From a virus (lineage: Duplodnaviria > Caudoviricetes): 36,503 nt of DNA. Made by a program: the position numbers and the translations under genes. The notes beneath the pieces are model-generated. The model saw nothing but the letters and a program-made list of their open reading frames with translations. It had not been told where the DNA came from and ran no database searches. Location: positions 1 through 36,503 of the IMG/VR virus record IMGVR_UViG_3300008255_000075; one strand, given 5' to 3'. Every line of letters begins with the position of its first letter. Positions within the stretch are counted from its first letter, which is position 1. Shown piece after piece: positions 25,293 through 34,718 of the stretch.

Positions 25293-26975
25293 ATGGCTTT
25301 TAATTTTGGAGTTGGTAGGAAAGTTGAAACTAAAAAAACTACTAAAGGTAAGTTTGGCTTTGGTGTTAAAAAAATAGAGCCAGTTGCTCCAGTTGCTCCA
25401 GTTGTCCCAGTCAATCCTTTGTTAAATATCAAACCAAACACCCCTTTATTAGGCAAAGGAATACAACCAACCACTACTATTCTCCCATCTATTAAAAATG
25501 CTGTTAATAAAGGTAATGTTCCACAGTTTAATGCTACCCCAATGGAAGCCCCTAAGCCTGTTACATTGGGCCAAGCGACTAAAAATATAGGAACTGGTAT
25601 TGCTAATATGTTTGTTGGTTCGTCTAAGAAGTTTGGCTCTACTATAGGAACTGCTGTAAGCACAGTTGACCCAGAAACTACACGCATAAGAGAAGAAGAA
25701 ACCTTACAAGCAACCAGAAACCAAATTGATAATTACCTAAAATTAGCCAAAGAAACTACTGACAAGACTAAAAAGGATAGATATTTAAAAGCTATTCAAA
25801 ATCTATCAGGTGATAACGATATTTTTAACACCCCAGAATATCAGAAAACAGCTAAACAGATATTTGGTGAAGCTCTTGGCACTGGTCTTGAAGTTACTGG
25901 ATTTAGCACGATAGCTGGTAAGGGCAGTAAGGCTCTGTTAGCTAGTAAGGAATTAGCTCAACAAGGTGTTAAACAGACTGGTAAACAGATTTTAAAACAA
26001 GCTGGCAAAGAAGCCTTGACTGTAGGTGCTCCTTTAGGTGTTGGTTATGGCGTGGCTCAAGCTATGCAAGACAACAAGTCTGGTGAAGATATAGTTAAAG
26101 AGGGGTTGAAAGGTGGAGCTTTAGGAGGTGCTTTACAGTTCGGATTAGGGGCTGGTCTTAGAGGTCTTGGCTCACTAGCAAAGCCTAAGACTGTAAACGC
26201 TATTACACCTAACAAGCCAGCACTACCTAAGAAGCCACAGGAGGCTATTACAGCGACTTTACCAGCAAAGACTACTAAAGTATCAACTAAGGTTAAACCC
26301 GTTGCCACAGAGCCAGTAGAAGACTTCGGAACTTTCTTAGGTAAAGAGAGTGAGAAGGGTGTTGAACAAGTTAAAAAACAAGTCGCTAAAGAAATAGAGC
26401 AGATAATACCTGACAAAAAGGCTCAAAAACTAGAGAGCCGAGTTTATGCCAGAATGAGAGAAAATATCCCGACTGAATTACAAGGAGATGCTAATTACTC
26501 CACTAAAGGATTAAAGGCTCAAGCTAAATCGTCTATTGAAGTTATAAATAAAAACCCTGAACGAGCTTACAAAATAGCTATGGGAATGGAAACGCCTAAA
26601 GGTAATCAGACATCAGCCTCGGTTAATATTGCTCTTGCTGAAAAAGCTAGACTTGACGGAAATAAGCAATTATATGCTGACTTAGTTAAAAATAGAAGCC
26701 TCGCCCAAACTAAGAGAGGTCAAGAAATAGTCGCTGAAAGACTTTTAACTGATAATAGTGTTGACTCTTATGTTAAACAAGCGATTAAGAACAGATTAGA
26801 GGCTAAGTCAACTAATATGTTTACCCCTGATGTGCTAAAGAGCCTTGGAAAGAAGTCTAAAGTTAGCGTGGTAACTTCTAATATAACAGAGCAGGCTAAA
26901 AATGTAGTAACTAAAGTGAAAGATTTTGATATAAGCGAAGCTCAAAAGTTTATTGATTCTATAACTTGTAAATAA
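25293..26975 (+). CDS. Probable DNA-ejection/internal virion protein 2
   Basis: K/P-rich, with Gly/Ala-rich hydrophobic helices (GALGGALQFGLGAG). Confidence 0.6.
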   Translation: MAFNFGVGRKVETKKTTKGKFGFGVKKIEPVAPVAPVVPVNPLLNIKPNTPLLGKGIQPTTTILPSIKNAVNKGNVPQFNATPMEAPKPVTLGQATKNIGTGIANMFVGSSKKFGSTIGTAVSTVDPETTRIREEETLQATRNQIDNYLKLAKETTDKTKKDRYLKAIQNLSGDNDIFNTPEYQKTAKQIFGEALGTGLEVTGFSTIAGKGSKALLASKELAQQGVKQTGKQILKQAGKEALTVGAPLGVGYGVAQAMQDNKSGEDIVKEGLKGGALGGALQFGLGAGLRGLGSLAKPKTVNAITPNKPALPKKPQEAITATLPAKTTKVSTKVKPVATEPVEDFGTFLGKESEKGVEQVKKQVAKEIEQIIPDKKAQKLESRVYARMRENIPTELQGDANYSTKGLKAQAKSSIEVINKNPERAYKIAMGMETPKGNQTSASVNIALAEKARLDGNKQLYADLVKNRSLAQTKRGQEIVAERLLTDNSVDSYVKQAIKNRLEAKSTNMFTPDVLKSLGKKSKVSVVTSNITEQAKNVVTKVKDFDISEAQKFIDSITCK

Positions 26976-26976
26976 T

Positions 26977-29205
26977 ATGATATTTTGCGTGCCTAAGCAC
27001 TTAATTGATAAAATTAAAACAAGCCAGTTAGCAAAAGAAACTAACATAAAAGACTTGTATAATATGAGCTCTAAAGAGAGGCGTGCTTTCTTTGCTAAAC
27101 ATACTGACGATGAAGTTGGTAAATTTATCAATACTGAGTTTGAAAAAGCTAGTATCTCTAAACAAAAGACTGCCTTAAAAGATTGGGCTGAGGGTGTATT
27201 TAGTCCTAAAGAAAAGCAAGGAGCTCAATACAAAACCGTATTAGATAAAATCAATAACCTTGAAAAGGCTGGACTATTAAACGATAAAAACAAACAAGGC
27301 TTTTTAGAAGATTTGATTAGTGATAAATTAGGTATTGGAGTCACTGCTAAAGAGGTTAGAATGATTGAAAAGAAAGCTATTAAAATACAAAAAATTCAAA
27401 AGAAACTCGGTGATAACTTTGGTAATGTTATTGATAATTTTGATGATAACCTAGAGTTCTTAAAGGCTAAGAAAGAAATGGACGATATGTTATTAGGGTT
27501 TAACCCAGCTTCAAGAGCTAAGGTATTTAGCGGAACTATTGCTAGAGGTTCAATGCTGGCTTCGGTTAAATCTCCTATCTTAAATATAGGTTCAAACACT
27601 ATTAACGGAGTTTTAGAAGGTTTTAGTCGCAGACTTTCAAGTCTACAAGCTAGAGGTGCTAATAACAAATTAGCTTTAGACTATATTAAAAAGGTAAATA
27701 AGATTTATCAAAAAACTGGCTATGATATTTCAAGGGCAATAAGTGATGACTTTGGTGCTTCTGGCTCTAGGGTTTTAGGTGATATTGTCCACGCTCAAGG
27801 TAAAGGGACTGTCCGAAAGGTTGGCAGGTTCTTTGAAGATACTGTATTTAAACAGTTAATGGGTGCTCCTGATGTGGCTTATTCATCTGCCCACTTCGCT
27901 GATACGGTAAATCTTGGCTCAATGAAACTAGCTAAAGGCGATAAGAAGAAAGCTACTCAGTATATGTTAGACGCTATGAGCTTAGACCCTAAAACTGACG
28001 CTGGTAAACTTCTAAAGGCTCAAGGTATTTTAGACGCTCAAGTCGCTACATACACAAATAAATCAGCTATCTCTAAAGCCTCAGAGGGATTAAGAAACAT
28101 CTTAAACGACATAGCCCCTGAAGCTCGTATTGGTGATTGGGTAATGCCTTTTGTGAAGACCCCAGCTAATGTTATAAATACTTCTTTAGATTACGCAGGT
28201 CTGGGGGCTGTTAAAGGTGTGGCTAAAATGGCTAAAATGATTGCTAACAAAAACTTAACTCAAGCTGGTGTCCAAGAAGCTGTTAGGGATATGGTTAGGG
28301 CTGGTATGGGTGGTGCTGGTGCTTTACTAATAGCTAATCAAATTGACCCTGAAAACTTTGTCGGAGCTTATGACCCAGCTCGCAAACAAATTGAAGCATT
28401 AAGAAACTCAAACTCTAATAGCATTAGAATTGGTGATAAGTGGATTAGTTTGGATTGGTTCGGACCATTAGGAGTTCCGTTGGCTGGTATTATGTATGCT
28501 AAGAAATATAGCGGAGGCACTAAGACTGGTGGAGCTCTCGCTTACTCTAAAGGGATTGGAAGACAATTATTACAAGTCCCTGGCTTTGAAGTGTTAAACG
28601 ATACCTACGACGACCTTTCTAAAAAAGGTAAAGAGGTTAGTCTTGAAGATACTGGTAAATCTATTCAGAAATCCGCCTTTGATAATTTATATGGCAGACT
28701 CGTCCCATCTATCTTTAGTGATGTAGCTAAGGCGACTGATGTTTATGAAAGAGAAGCCACTACTACTGGCGAGAAATTAAAAGCTAAAGTCCCATTTTTA
28801 AGAGAAATATTACCTGTTAAAAAGAATGTCTTTGGAGAAGATGTAACAGGGGAGCCTGCTTGGTCTGATATTCTACTAGGTGCTAGAGTAAAAACAAGTA
28901 AGGAAACGGAGATGGTTAAAAAGATAAATAAGTTAGTTGACGCTTCTGGTAAAAACCTATCTCTAACTGATTGGGACACTACTACTGGTAAGCAATTAAA
29001 CGAAGCTAAAACTAAACTAGGTAAAGAAGAATATGATAAGTTAAAAGTTGAGTATGGTAAGCAGTTAAAGCAAGAACTTGAAACCCTGATGTCTTCTAAT
29101 AAGTTTAATATGGCTAATGAAACCGCTAAGATAAATATGATTAACTCTTTAGATGAAAAGATTATAAAAACAGTCTTAAAAACTAAAGGCATAATCTATA
29201 AATAA
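26977..29205 (+). CDS. Probable DNA-ejection/internal virion protein 3
   Basis: MPFVKTPANVI and SIRIGDKWISLDWFGPLG motifs typical of large podovirus internal proteins. Confidence 0.65.
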   Translation: MIFCVPKHLIDKIKTSQLAKETNIKDLYNMSSKERRAFFAKHTDDEVGKFINTEFEKASISKQKTALKDWAEGVFSPKEKQGAQYKTVLDKINNLEKAGLLNDKNKQGFLEDLISDKLGIGVTAKEVRMIEKKAIKIQKIQKKLGDNFGNVIDNFDDNLEFLKAKKEMDDMLLGFNPASRAKVFSGTIARGSMLASVKSPILNIGSNTINGVLEGFSRRLSSLQARGANNKLALDYIKKVNKIYQKTGYDISRAISDDFGASGSRVLGDIVHAQGKGTVRKVGRFFEDTVFKQLMGAPDVAYSSAHFADTVNLGSMKLAKGDKKKATQYMLDAMSLDPKTDAGKLLKAQGILDAQVATYTNKSAISKASEGLRNILNDIAPEARIGDWVMPFVKTPANVINTSLDYAGLGAVKGVAKMAKMIANKNLTQAGVQEAVRDMVRAGMGGAGALLIANQIDPENFVGAYDPARKQIEALRNSNSNSIRIGDKWISLDWFGPLGVPLAGIMYAKKYSGGTKTGGALAYSKGIGRQLLQVPGFEVLNDTYDDLSKKGKEVSLEDTGKSIQKSAFDNLYGRLVPSIFSDVAKATDVYEREATTTGEKLKAKVPFLREILPVKKNVFGEDVTGEPAWSDILLGARVKTSKETEMVKKINKLVDASGKNLSLTDWDTTTGKQLNEAKTKLGKEEYDKLKVEYGKQLKQELETLMSSNKFNMANETAKINMINSLDEKIIKTVLKTKGIIYK

Positions 29206-29206
29206 T

Positions 29207-29311
29207 ATGGAATACATTCTCTGGATATTACTTTTACTATTTATCGCTTTTAGTAATATAAAACTTGAAAAAGATTTTTGGAAAGAAGCTAAACGAAAAC
29301 TAAGATTTTAA
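29207..29311 (+). CDS. Small membrane protein (34 aa)
   Basis: Manual ORF MEYILWILLLLFIAFSNIK...; 1-nt gaps on both sides. Confidence 0.6.
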   Translation: MEYILWILLLLFIAFSNIKLEKDFWKEAKRKLRF

Positions 29312-29312
29312 T

Positions 29313-32300
29313 ATGGACGACTTAAATGAAGCTATGATTGTCCAAAACCAAAAGAACGCTGATGATACTAATGGACTTTTGGAAACAATTATAACACAAA
29401 ATGAAAAAAACAATCCTCAACCTGAACTAGAGGCTATGATTGAGCAAGGTTCTAAGACTCAAAAGACCATTGAAGAGTCTAGCTCTAAGGTTGCTGACGC
29501 TGTCAAAGAATTAAAACCTGCTATGGACGCGGCTGGTTTTATTGCTAACTTTATGCAGGCAATAAAGGGTGATAAGGGCGATGACGGTTATAATCCAGAG
29601 AAAGGTAAGGACTATTTTACTGACCAAGAGATTAAAGACATCTCATCTGACATCCTAGAAAAGGCTACCCCTAAAAAGGGAAAGGATTATTTTGACGGAG
29701 ATGACGGCTATACTCCAGTAAAAGGTAAAGATTATTTTACTCCTAAAGAATTAAGAGAGATTATTTCGTCTTGTGTTGAGAGAATACCAGTGCCTAAAGA
29801 TGGTCTACCTGGAGAAAAGGGAGAAGACGCTGTTGTTGATTATGACAAGATTATTAAAGATGTTGTCAAAAAGCTCCCTAAAATTAAAAAGCAATCAGAG
29901 AAGTCTGTTGAAGACATTGCCGAACAGTTGAAAGGTAAACTGTCTTATGATGATTTGAAAGATTTGCCTTATGCGTTTAAGACTTCTGCTAGAGATTACG
30001 ACTTTATAGAATTAAAAGACGCTCCTAAATCTTATGTCGGACAGGGTGGCAAAGTCGTCGCTGTAAAAGCTGATTTATCTGGTCTTGAATTTATTAGTCC
30101 TGCTACTGGCTCTGGAGATGTCACTGGTCCTGCTTCTTCAACCGCTGACAATATAGCCGTCTTTAATGGCTTAACAGGAAAGATTATCAAAGACGGAGGT
30201 GCTAAGATTTCAGACCTTGCCACAGTTGCTTCCCTCGCCTCCTACATCCCCTATACAGGAGCAACCACTAACATAAACCTCGGTATCCATAACCTCACAG
30301 TAGATACCAACACTCTATTTGTTGACTCTGTTAATCACAATGTCTATGTCGGCTCTACTACTGGAACAGCAAAGTTTGAAACCACTCTCGGAGCTACAGC
30401 AGACTATTCTTTAGTCGGAAAATTTGCTGGTAATAATGGTTTTATTGGAATGTATGCTGATGATAGAACTTCTTTCAAGAGAATGTTATTGAAGATTGAA
30501 AACACTGTCGCACCTTCAGAAACTCTTGTTGTCTTCGCTTCTTCAATCGTAGGCGAAACATATTCAAGGTTTGGTTTTACAAGTCTTGGTAAACTTCTTT
30601 GGGGAGTAGGTGGAGCTTCTGATTATGACACAAACCTTTATCGTAGTGCAGCTAATGTTTTAAGAACTAGTAATAGTTTGATTGTTGACGGAAATCTTGG
30701 TATTGGAACTGCTACACCAACAGCAAAAGTTGAAATTGTTTCATCTGGTGCTTCTGGAACTACTCCTGATTTAGCTACTTACAGATATTCAAATGACTCC
30801 GTTGGCGTATTTCACGCTTCATTTAAAGCTCGTGGCACTCTTGCCAGTCCTTCTGCTGTTCAGTCAGGTGATACCTTAGGTGGTTTCTTTGCTCGTGGTT
30901 ATCATTCAGGCGGAGCTTTCCCAACAGCAAACACTGTCGGTATCCTTTTTAGAGCTTCTGAAAATTATACAGCAACAGCTAATGGAACGGAAATTGTCCT
31001 AGCCACCACTCCAAACGGTTCAACCACGAGAGTCGATAGAGTGACTATCTCGAATAGTGGAAATGTTATTATTAGTGATATTGGTGCTTCTGCCTCAACA
31101 GCAACACCAACTACATTAAGTTTAGGTAGCACTTTTGGCGATTCAGTTGCAAATAGTTTTAAGTTAAAAGTTTTTGAAAATAATGTTGGTTCTGCACACG
31201 GGTTTGGTGTTTCTACTAGTCAGTTTAATTACTTCGTTAATGGAACAACAGCAGACCACGTATTTAATGTTTACAACGCTGGAACACCTATTGAATTAAT
31301 GAGGATTAAAGGAACTGGTAACTTAGCTATTGGACAAGCCACAGCACCAGCAAGACTAACTATTTCAGAAGACAGTGCTACATACTCTCAAATAAGTGCC
31401 TCATTTGATATGGCACTCGGTATCGCAGTAAACACCGCTATTATTTCAGGACTAGACTTTAAGAACTTTAATAGCGGTGGACAAGTAAGGTTCTTAGCAC
31501 GAAATGACCAAGACGATTATATTGTTATGAACTCTTTTGGGTCAGCGGCAGCAGGAACTTTATTCGGACAAAATAGAACTGATTTATTTTCCATCTTCAC
31601 AAATGGAGGAGTTGATGCTGACAAGAAATTGGCAATCGGAACATTACAAAATGCAGACTTTATTTTGGGAACAAATAACCTTACTAGAGTTACGATTACA
31701 GGTGCTGGTGTAGTAAGCATCCAAAACCTCACAGCTTCTGAACTTATAGCCACAGACGCTTCTAAAAACCTTGTATCATTAGCGGTGGCTACTTATCCCT
31801 CACTTACTGAATTGACTTATGTTAAGGGAGTAACGAGTGCTATACAGACACAGTTGAGTGCTAAAGCACCTAGTGCAAGTCCGACATTTACAGGAACAGT
31901 TACTTTGCCTAAGACCTTAGAAATACAAGACACGAGTGCTGACCACCAGTACATTTTAGCTGTTAATGAACTAACCACTGATAGGACTGTTACCTTACCG
32001 CTCTTAACAGGAAATGATGAGTTTGTATTCAAAGACCACACTCAGACTTTAACTAATAAAACTATTACACAAAGAGTCATCACTACCACAGATGACGCTA
32101 CTGCTGTTATAGATGTTACCCTAACAGATACTTACGAACTTTCAGCAGTTGCTAACGCCACTACCTTTTCAACCACAGGGACACCAGTTGACGGACAGAA
32201 GATTATGATAAGATTTAAGGACGCAGGTGTGGCAAAGGGTTTAACTTGGGACGCTATCTTTGTAGCAATCGGAGTAACGCTACCAACAACCACAGTCGCA

Positions 32301-32381
32301 GGGAAATGGCATTATGTGGGTGGGGTTTATAATTCATCAGCTACTAAGTTTCACATCTTAGCAGTCGGTGTTGAAGCATAA
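29313..32381 (+). CDS. Long tail fibre/spike protein
   Basis: Short collagen-like GxY runs, three KGKDYF repeats, GNLGIGTATPTAK and related fibre repeats, QTLTNKTI. Confidence 0.8.
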   Translation: MDDLNEAMIVQNQKNADDTNGLLETIITQNEKNNPQPELEAMIEQGSKTQKTIEESSSKVADAVKELKPAMDAAGFIANFMQAIKGDKGDDGYNPEKGKDYFTDQEIKDISSDILEKATPKKGKDYFDGDDGYTPVKGKDYFTPKELREIISSCVERIPVPKDGLPGEKGEDAVVDYDKIIKDVVKKLPKIKKQSEKSVEDIAEQLKGKLSYDDLKDLPYAFKTSARDYDFIELKDAPKSYVGQGGKVVAVKADLSGLEFISPATGSGDVTGPASSTADNIAVFNGLTGKIIKDGGAKISDLATVASLASYIPYTGATTNINLGIHNLTVDTNTLFVDSVNHNVYVGSTTGTAKFETTLGATADYSLVGKFAGNNGFIGMYADDRTSFKRMLLKIENTVAPSETLVVFASSIVGETYSRFGFTSLGKLLWGVGGASDYDTNLYRSAANVLRTSNSLIVDGNLGIGTATPTAKVEIVSSGASGTTPDLATYRYSNDSVGVFHASFKARGTLASPSAVQSGDTLGGFFARGYHSGGAFPTANTVGILFRASENYTATANGTEIVLATTPNGSTTRVDRVTISNSGNVIISDIGASASTATPTTLSLGSTFGDSVANSFKLKVFENNVGSAHGFGVSTSQFNYFVNGTTADHVFNVYNAGTPIELMRIKGTGNLAIGQATAPARLTISEDSATYSQISASFDMALGIAVNTAIISGLDFKNFNSGGQVRFLARNDQDDYIVMNSFGSAAAGTLFGQNRTDLFSIFTNGGVDADKKLAIGTLQNADFILGTNNLTRVTITGAGVVSIQNLTASELIATDASKNLVSLAVATYPSLTELTYVKGVTSAIQTQLSAKAPSASPTFTGTVTLPKTLEIQDTSADHQYILAVNELTTDRTVTLPLLTGNDEFVFKDHTQTLTNKTITQRVITTTDDATAVIDVTLTDTYELSAVANATTFSTTGTPVDGQKIMIRFKDAGVAKGLTWDAIFVAIGVTLPTTTVAGKWHYVGGVYNSSATKFHILAVGVEA

Positions 32382-32383
32382 AT

Positions 32384-33049
32384 ATGGCATTCCCAACAGT
32401 CGCAGCGACAAATACATCAAATGTTTCTTTATCTACTACTCACGTGGTTAGTTTACCTGCCAGTATTTCTGCTGGAGATTTACTAATGGTTTTCTTTTTA
32501 GTTCACGAAGACCCAAGTGTAACGACACCTGACGGATGGACTTTATTAAAAAGCATTACTGACGGATATGCCGACCATAAACTTTATGTTTTTTATAAAG
32601 TGGCAAGTGGTAGTGAGGGAGCAAGCGTAACCATAACAATCGGTACAGCGAGGCGTTCAGCTGGTATATCCTTTAGAATTACAGGACATTCGGGAGCCCC
32701 AGAAGTTTCAACAGGTGCAACAGGAATGAATTATAATCCTGACCCAGATGCTTTAACTCCGTCTGGTGGAGCAAAAGATTACTTATGGATAGCTCTCTGT
32801 AAAAATGGCACGGCTGAGGCTCCAATTGCGTATCCTACAAATTATACTGGTAATAATCTTTGGAAAGCAAGTAATAATGGAACGGATTATCCGCCAGTGC
32901 TTGCTGTTGCCACAAGAGAATTAAACGCCTCTTCTGAAAATCCAGGAACATTTGAAACGCATTATGAGGGAACTTGGACAGCAATTACGATTGCCGTTTC
33001 TCCAGTAGCAACGCCAGCTAACACAACTAACTTCTTTCAATTATTATGA
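32384..33049 (+). CDS. Beta-rich virion/fibre-associated protein
   Basis: LPASISAGDLLMV..TTPDGWTLL..VFYKVASGSEG. Confidence 0.6.
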   Translation: MAFPTVAATNTSNVSLSTTHVVSLPASISAGDLLMVFFLVHEDPSVTTPDGWTLLKSITDGYADHKLYVFYKVASGSEGASVTITIGTARRSAGISFRITGHSGAPEVSTGATGMNYNPDPDALTPSGGAKDYLWIALCKNGTAEAPIAYPTNYTGNNLWKASNNGTDYPPVLAVATRELNASSENPGTFETHYEGTWTAITIAVSPVATPANTTNFFQLL

Positions 33050-33348
33050 ACAAATATATGAACTATCAATTAAATGACGAGGGAAAATTACTCGTCACAG
33101 AAGAAATCACTAAACCTCTAGGCTCTTGGGAAGAGTTAGACTCTTTAGAAAAAGAATATCAGCAAAGTATCGCTAATATTCAGAAAGAGATTGACGCTAT
33201 CCAAGCTAAGAAAGCAGAGATTGAAAAACTAAAACCAGTCTGGGAAAGCGAGAAAGGTATAGCACTTTTAGTGAGCGAGAGAGTTGAGCCTACAAAAGAA
33301 ACTTTTGTAGAGCCAGCCGAGCTTAGTAATGAAGAAGTAATAATTTAA
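33046..33348 (+). CDS. Acidic coiled-coil protein (possible fibre chaperone)
   Basis: ORF track; position after fibre genes. Confidence 0.5.
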   Translation: MNKYMNYQLNDEGKLLVTEEITKPLGSWEELDSLEKEYQQSIANIQKEIDAIQAKKAEIEKLKPVWESEKGIALLVSERVEPTKETFVEPAELSNEEVII

Positions 33349-33352
33349 TACT

Positions 33353-33541
33353 ATGAAACAAACAATTTTAACCACACTAGATTATTTACGAGGTAGGAAA
33401 ACGACAATCGCCTCAATCGTTGCCCTCCTAATTACCTATTCCCTAACGAAAGGATTTATAGACAACGACCTTGCTATCTTATTAAATGGTATTCTTGTTG
33501 CTTTAGGATTAACTGCCAACTATATCAATAATAATAGATAG
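33353..33541 (+). CDS. Putative holin
   Basis: 62 aa, LRGRKT followed by two hydrophobic helices. Confidence 0.65.
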   Translation: MKQTILTTLDYLRGRKTTIASIVALLITYSLTKGFIDNDLAILLNGILVALGLTANYINNNR

Positions 33542-33542
33542 T

Positions 33543-33824
33543 ATGGAGAAAGATATTCACAACTTAAAACTAAATCAACAAAATATGGCTGAAAAAATAG
33601 ATACTTTAGTTGCTTCGGTGAATGACATTAAAGTCTCTATCGCCCGCATTCCACAAGAGATACTTGAGTTAGGGGACGATAGATACGCTTCTAAACAAAG
33701 CGAGACGAGATTGAATAACTTAGAAGCGAGGATTGAGTCACGAAGTTATGACTGGCTAAGACAATCAGTTATCACAATAGTGGGGATTATCTTAGCTGCG
33801 GTGGTTTATTCACAAATAAAATAA
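33543..33824 (+). CDS. Coiled-coil protein with C-terminal TM helix (lysis-module type)
   Basis: Coiled coil followed by VITIVGIILAAVVY. Confidence 0.6.
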   Translation: MEKDIHNLKLNQQNMAEKIDTLVASVNDIKVSIARIPQEILELGDDRYASKQSETRLNNLEARIESRSYDWLRQSVITIVGIILAAVVYSQIK

Positions 33825-33826
33825 AA

Positions 33827-33964
33827 ATGTATAACAAATTAGGGAGGGGACTAAAATACGCCAAAGAAGTTTTACACTTAATACTTATATGGTTTTGGAT
33901 ATTTTTAGTGGGATTATTTATATCAATTATTACGTTCACGTTCTGCCAAATACTTAACTATTAG
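33827..33964 (+). CDS. Small membrane protein (45 aa)
   Basis: Manual ORF with a long hydrophobic stretch. Confidence 0.5.
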   Translation: MYNKLGRGLKYAKEVLHLILIWFWIFLVGLFISIITFTFCQILNY

Positions 33965-34160
33965 CCAGACTAGAGATGTTCAAATATAATTTGGGTATCT
34001 CTAGCCAGACTAGCAGTTATGGAAGACCAGTTTCTTTATGAATAAAGAAAATTATTCATATGGACTTATTCTCACCACACTACCATCCTAAATCAAGAGG
34101 GGCGTAAAAACCCCTCTCCCGTCTTGTTCATTTCAAACTGGGGTTCAGTTAAGTAAAGTT

Positions 34161-34550
34161 ATGTCAAATGTTAAAAGCAGGGATATACCCTGTATCCACC
34201 AACCATATTATAGTAAGTATGTTCTTGCTAATAATTCTGTGGACGGTAAAGTTGTAGAGTATGAAGTGTCAGAAATAGCCACTGATATTTTAACTCCTGA
34301 TTGGTCAGGTGATAAATTAGCCACTTATAGTTTTATAGAGAAAACTCTTAAAGCTATGACTGGAAGAGTCCTTACAATTATAGACGCTTCTATTTCTGAT
34401 AAACAACAGAATAAAGCAATTAAGGATTTGATTAGAAAAGAGTTTGTCTTAGAGTTTGAAGCTATTGCTGATTTACTCTTAGATAAACAAAGATTAGAAC
34501 GAGCTCAAGAGGGAGCGGTTCTAATGGATATTAGTGAAGTTTTAGCTTAA
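34161..34550 (+). CDS. Hypothetical protein flanked by an inverted repeat
   Basis: ORF track; GRVLTIIDASISDKQQNKAIKDLIR. Confidence 0.75.
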   Translation: MSNVKSRDIPCIHQPYYSKYVLANNSVDGKVVEYEVSEIATDILTPDWSGDKLATYSFIEKTLKAMTGRVLTIIDASISDKQQNKAIKDLIRKEFVLEFEAIADLLLDKQRLERAQEGAVLMDISEVLA

Positions 34551-34718
34551 TAAATTAAACACTTTACCCCAGTTTTAAGTGAATATGAATAAAAAATTAT
34601 TAAAAATTGAGTTACAAATCTTAATGACTTACATTAAGAATTATACGAAGGGTCACGATTATTATCAAAGGATTCGGTCGTTTAGATATAATAATCTTTA
34701 TAAACAAGCTGATAAAAT

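Noticed and set aside
11557-32041. Minus-strand ORFs within structural genes (e.g. 11557, 13112, 19020, 25280, 26057, 28743, 31517)
   Set aside because: Antisense shadows of strongly codon-biased plus-strand genes.
29313-33049. Diversity-generating retroelement or invertible fibre cassette
   Set aside because: No reverse transcriptase or recombinase, and no template/variable repeat pair seen.
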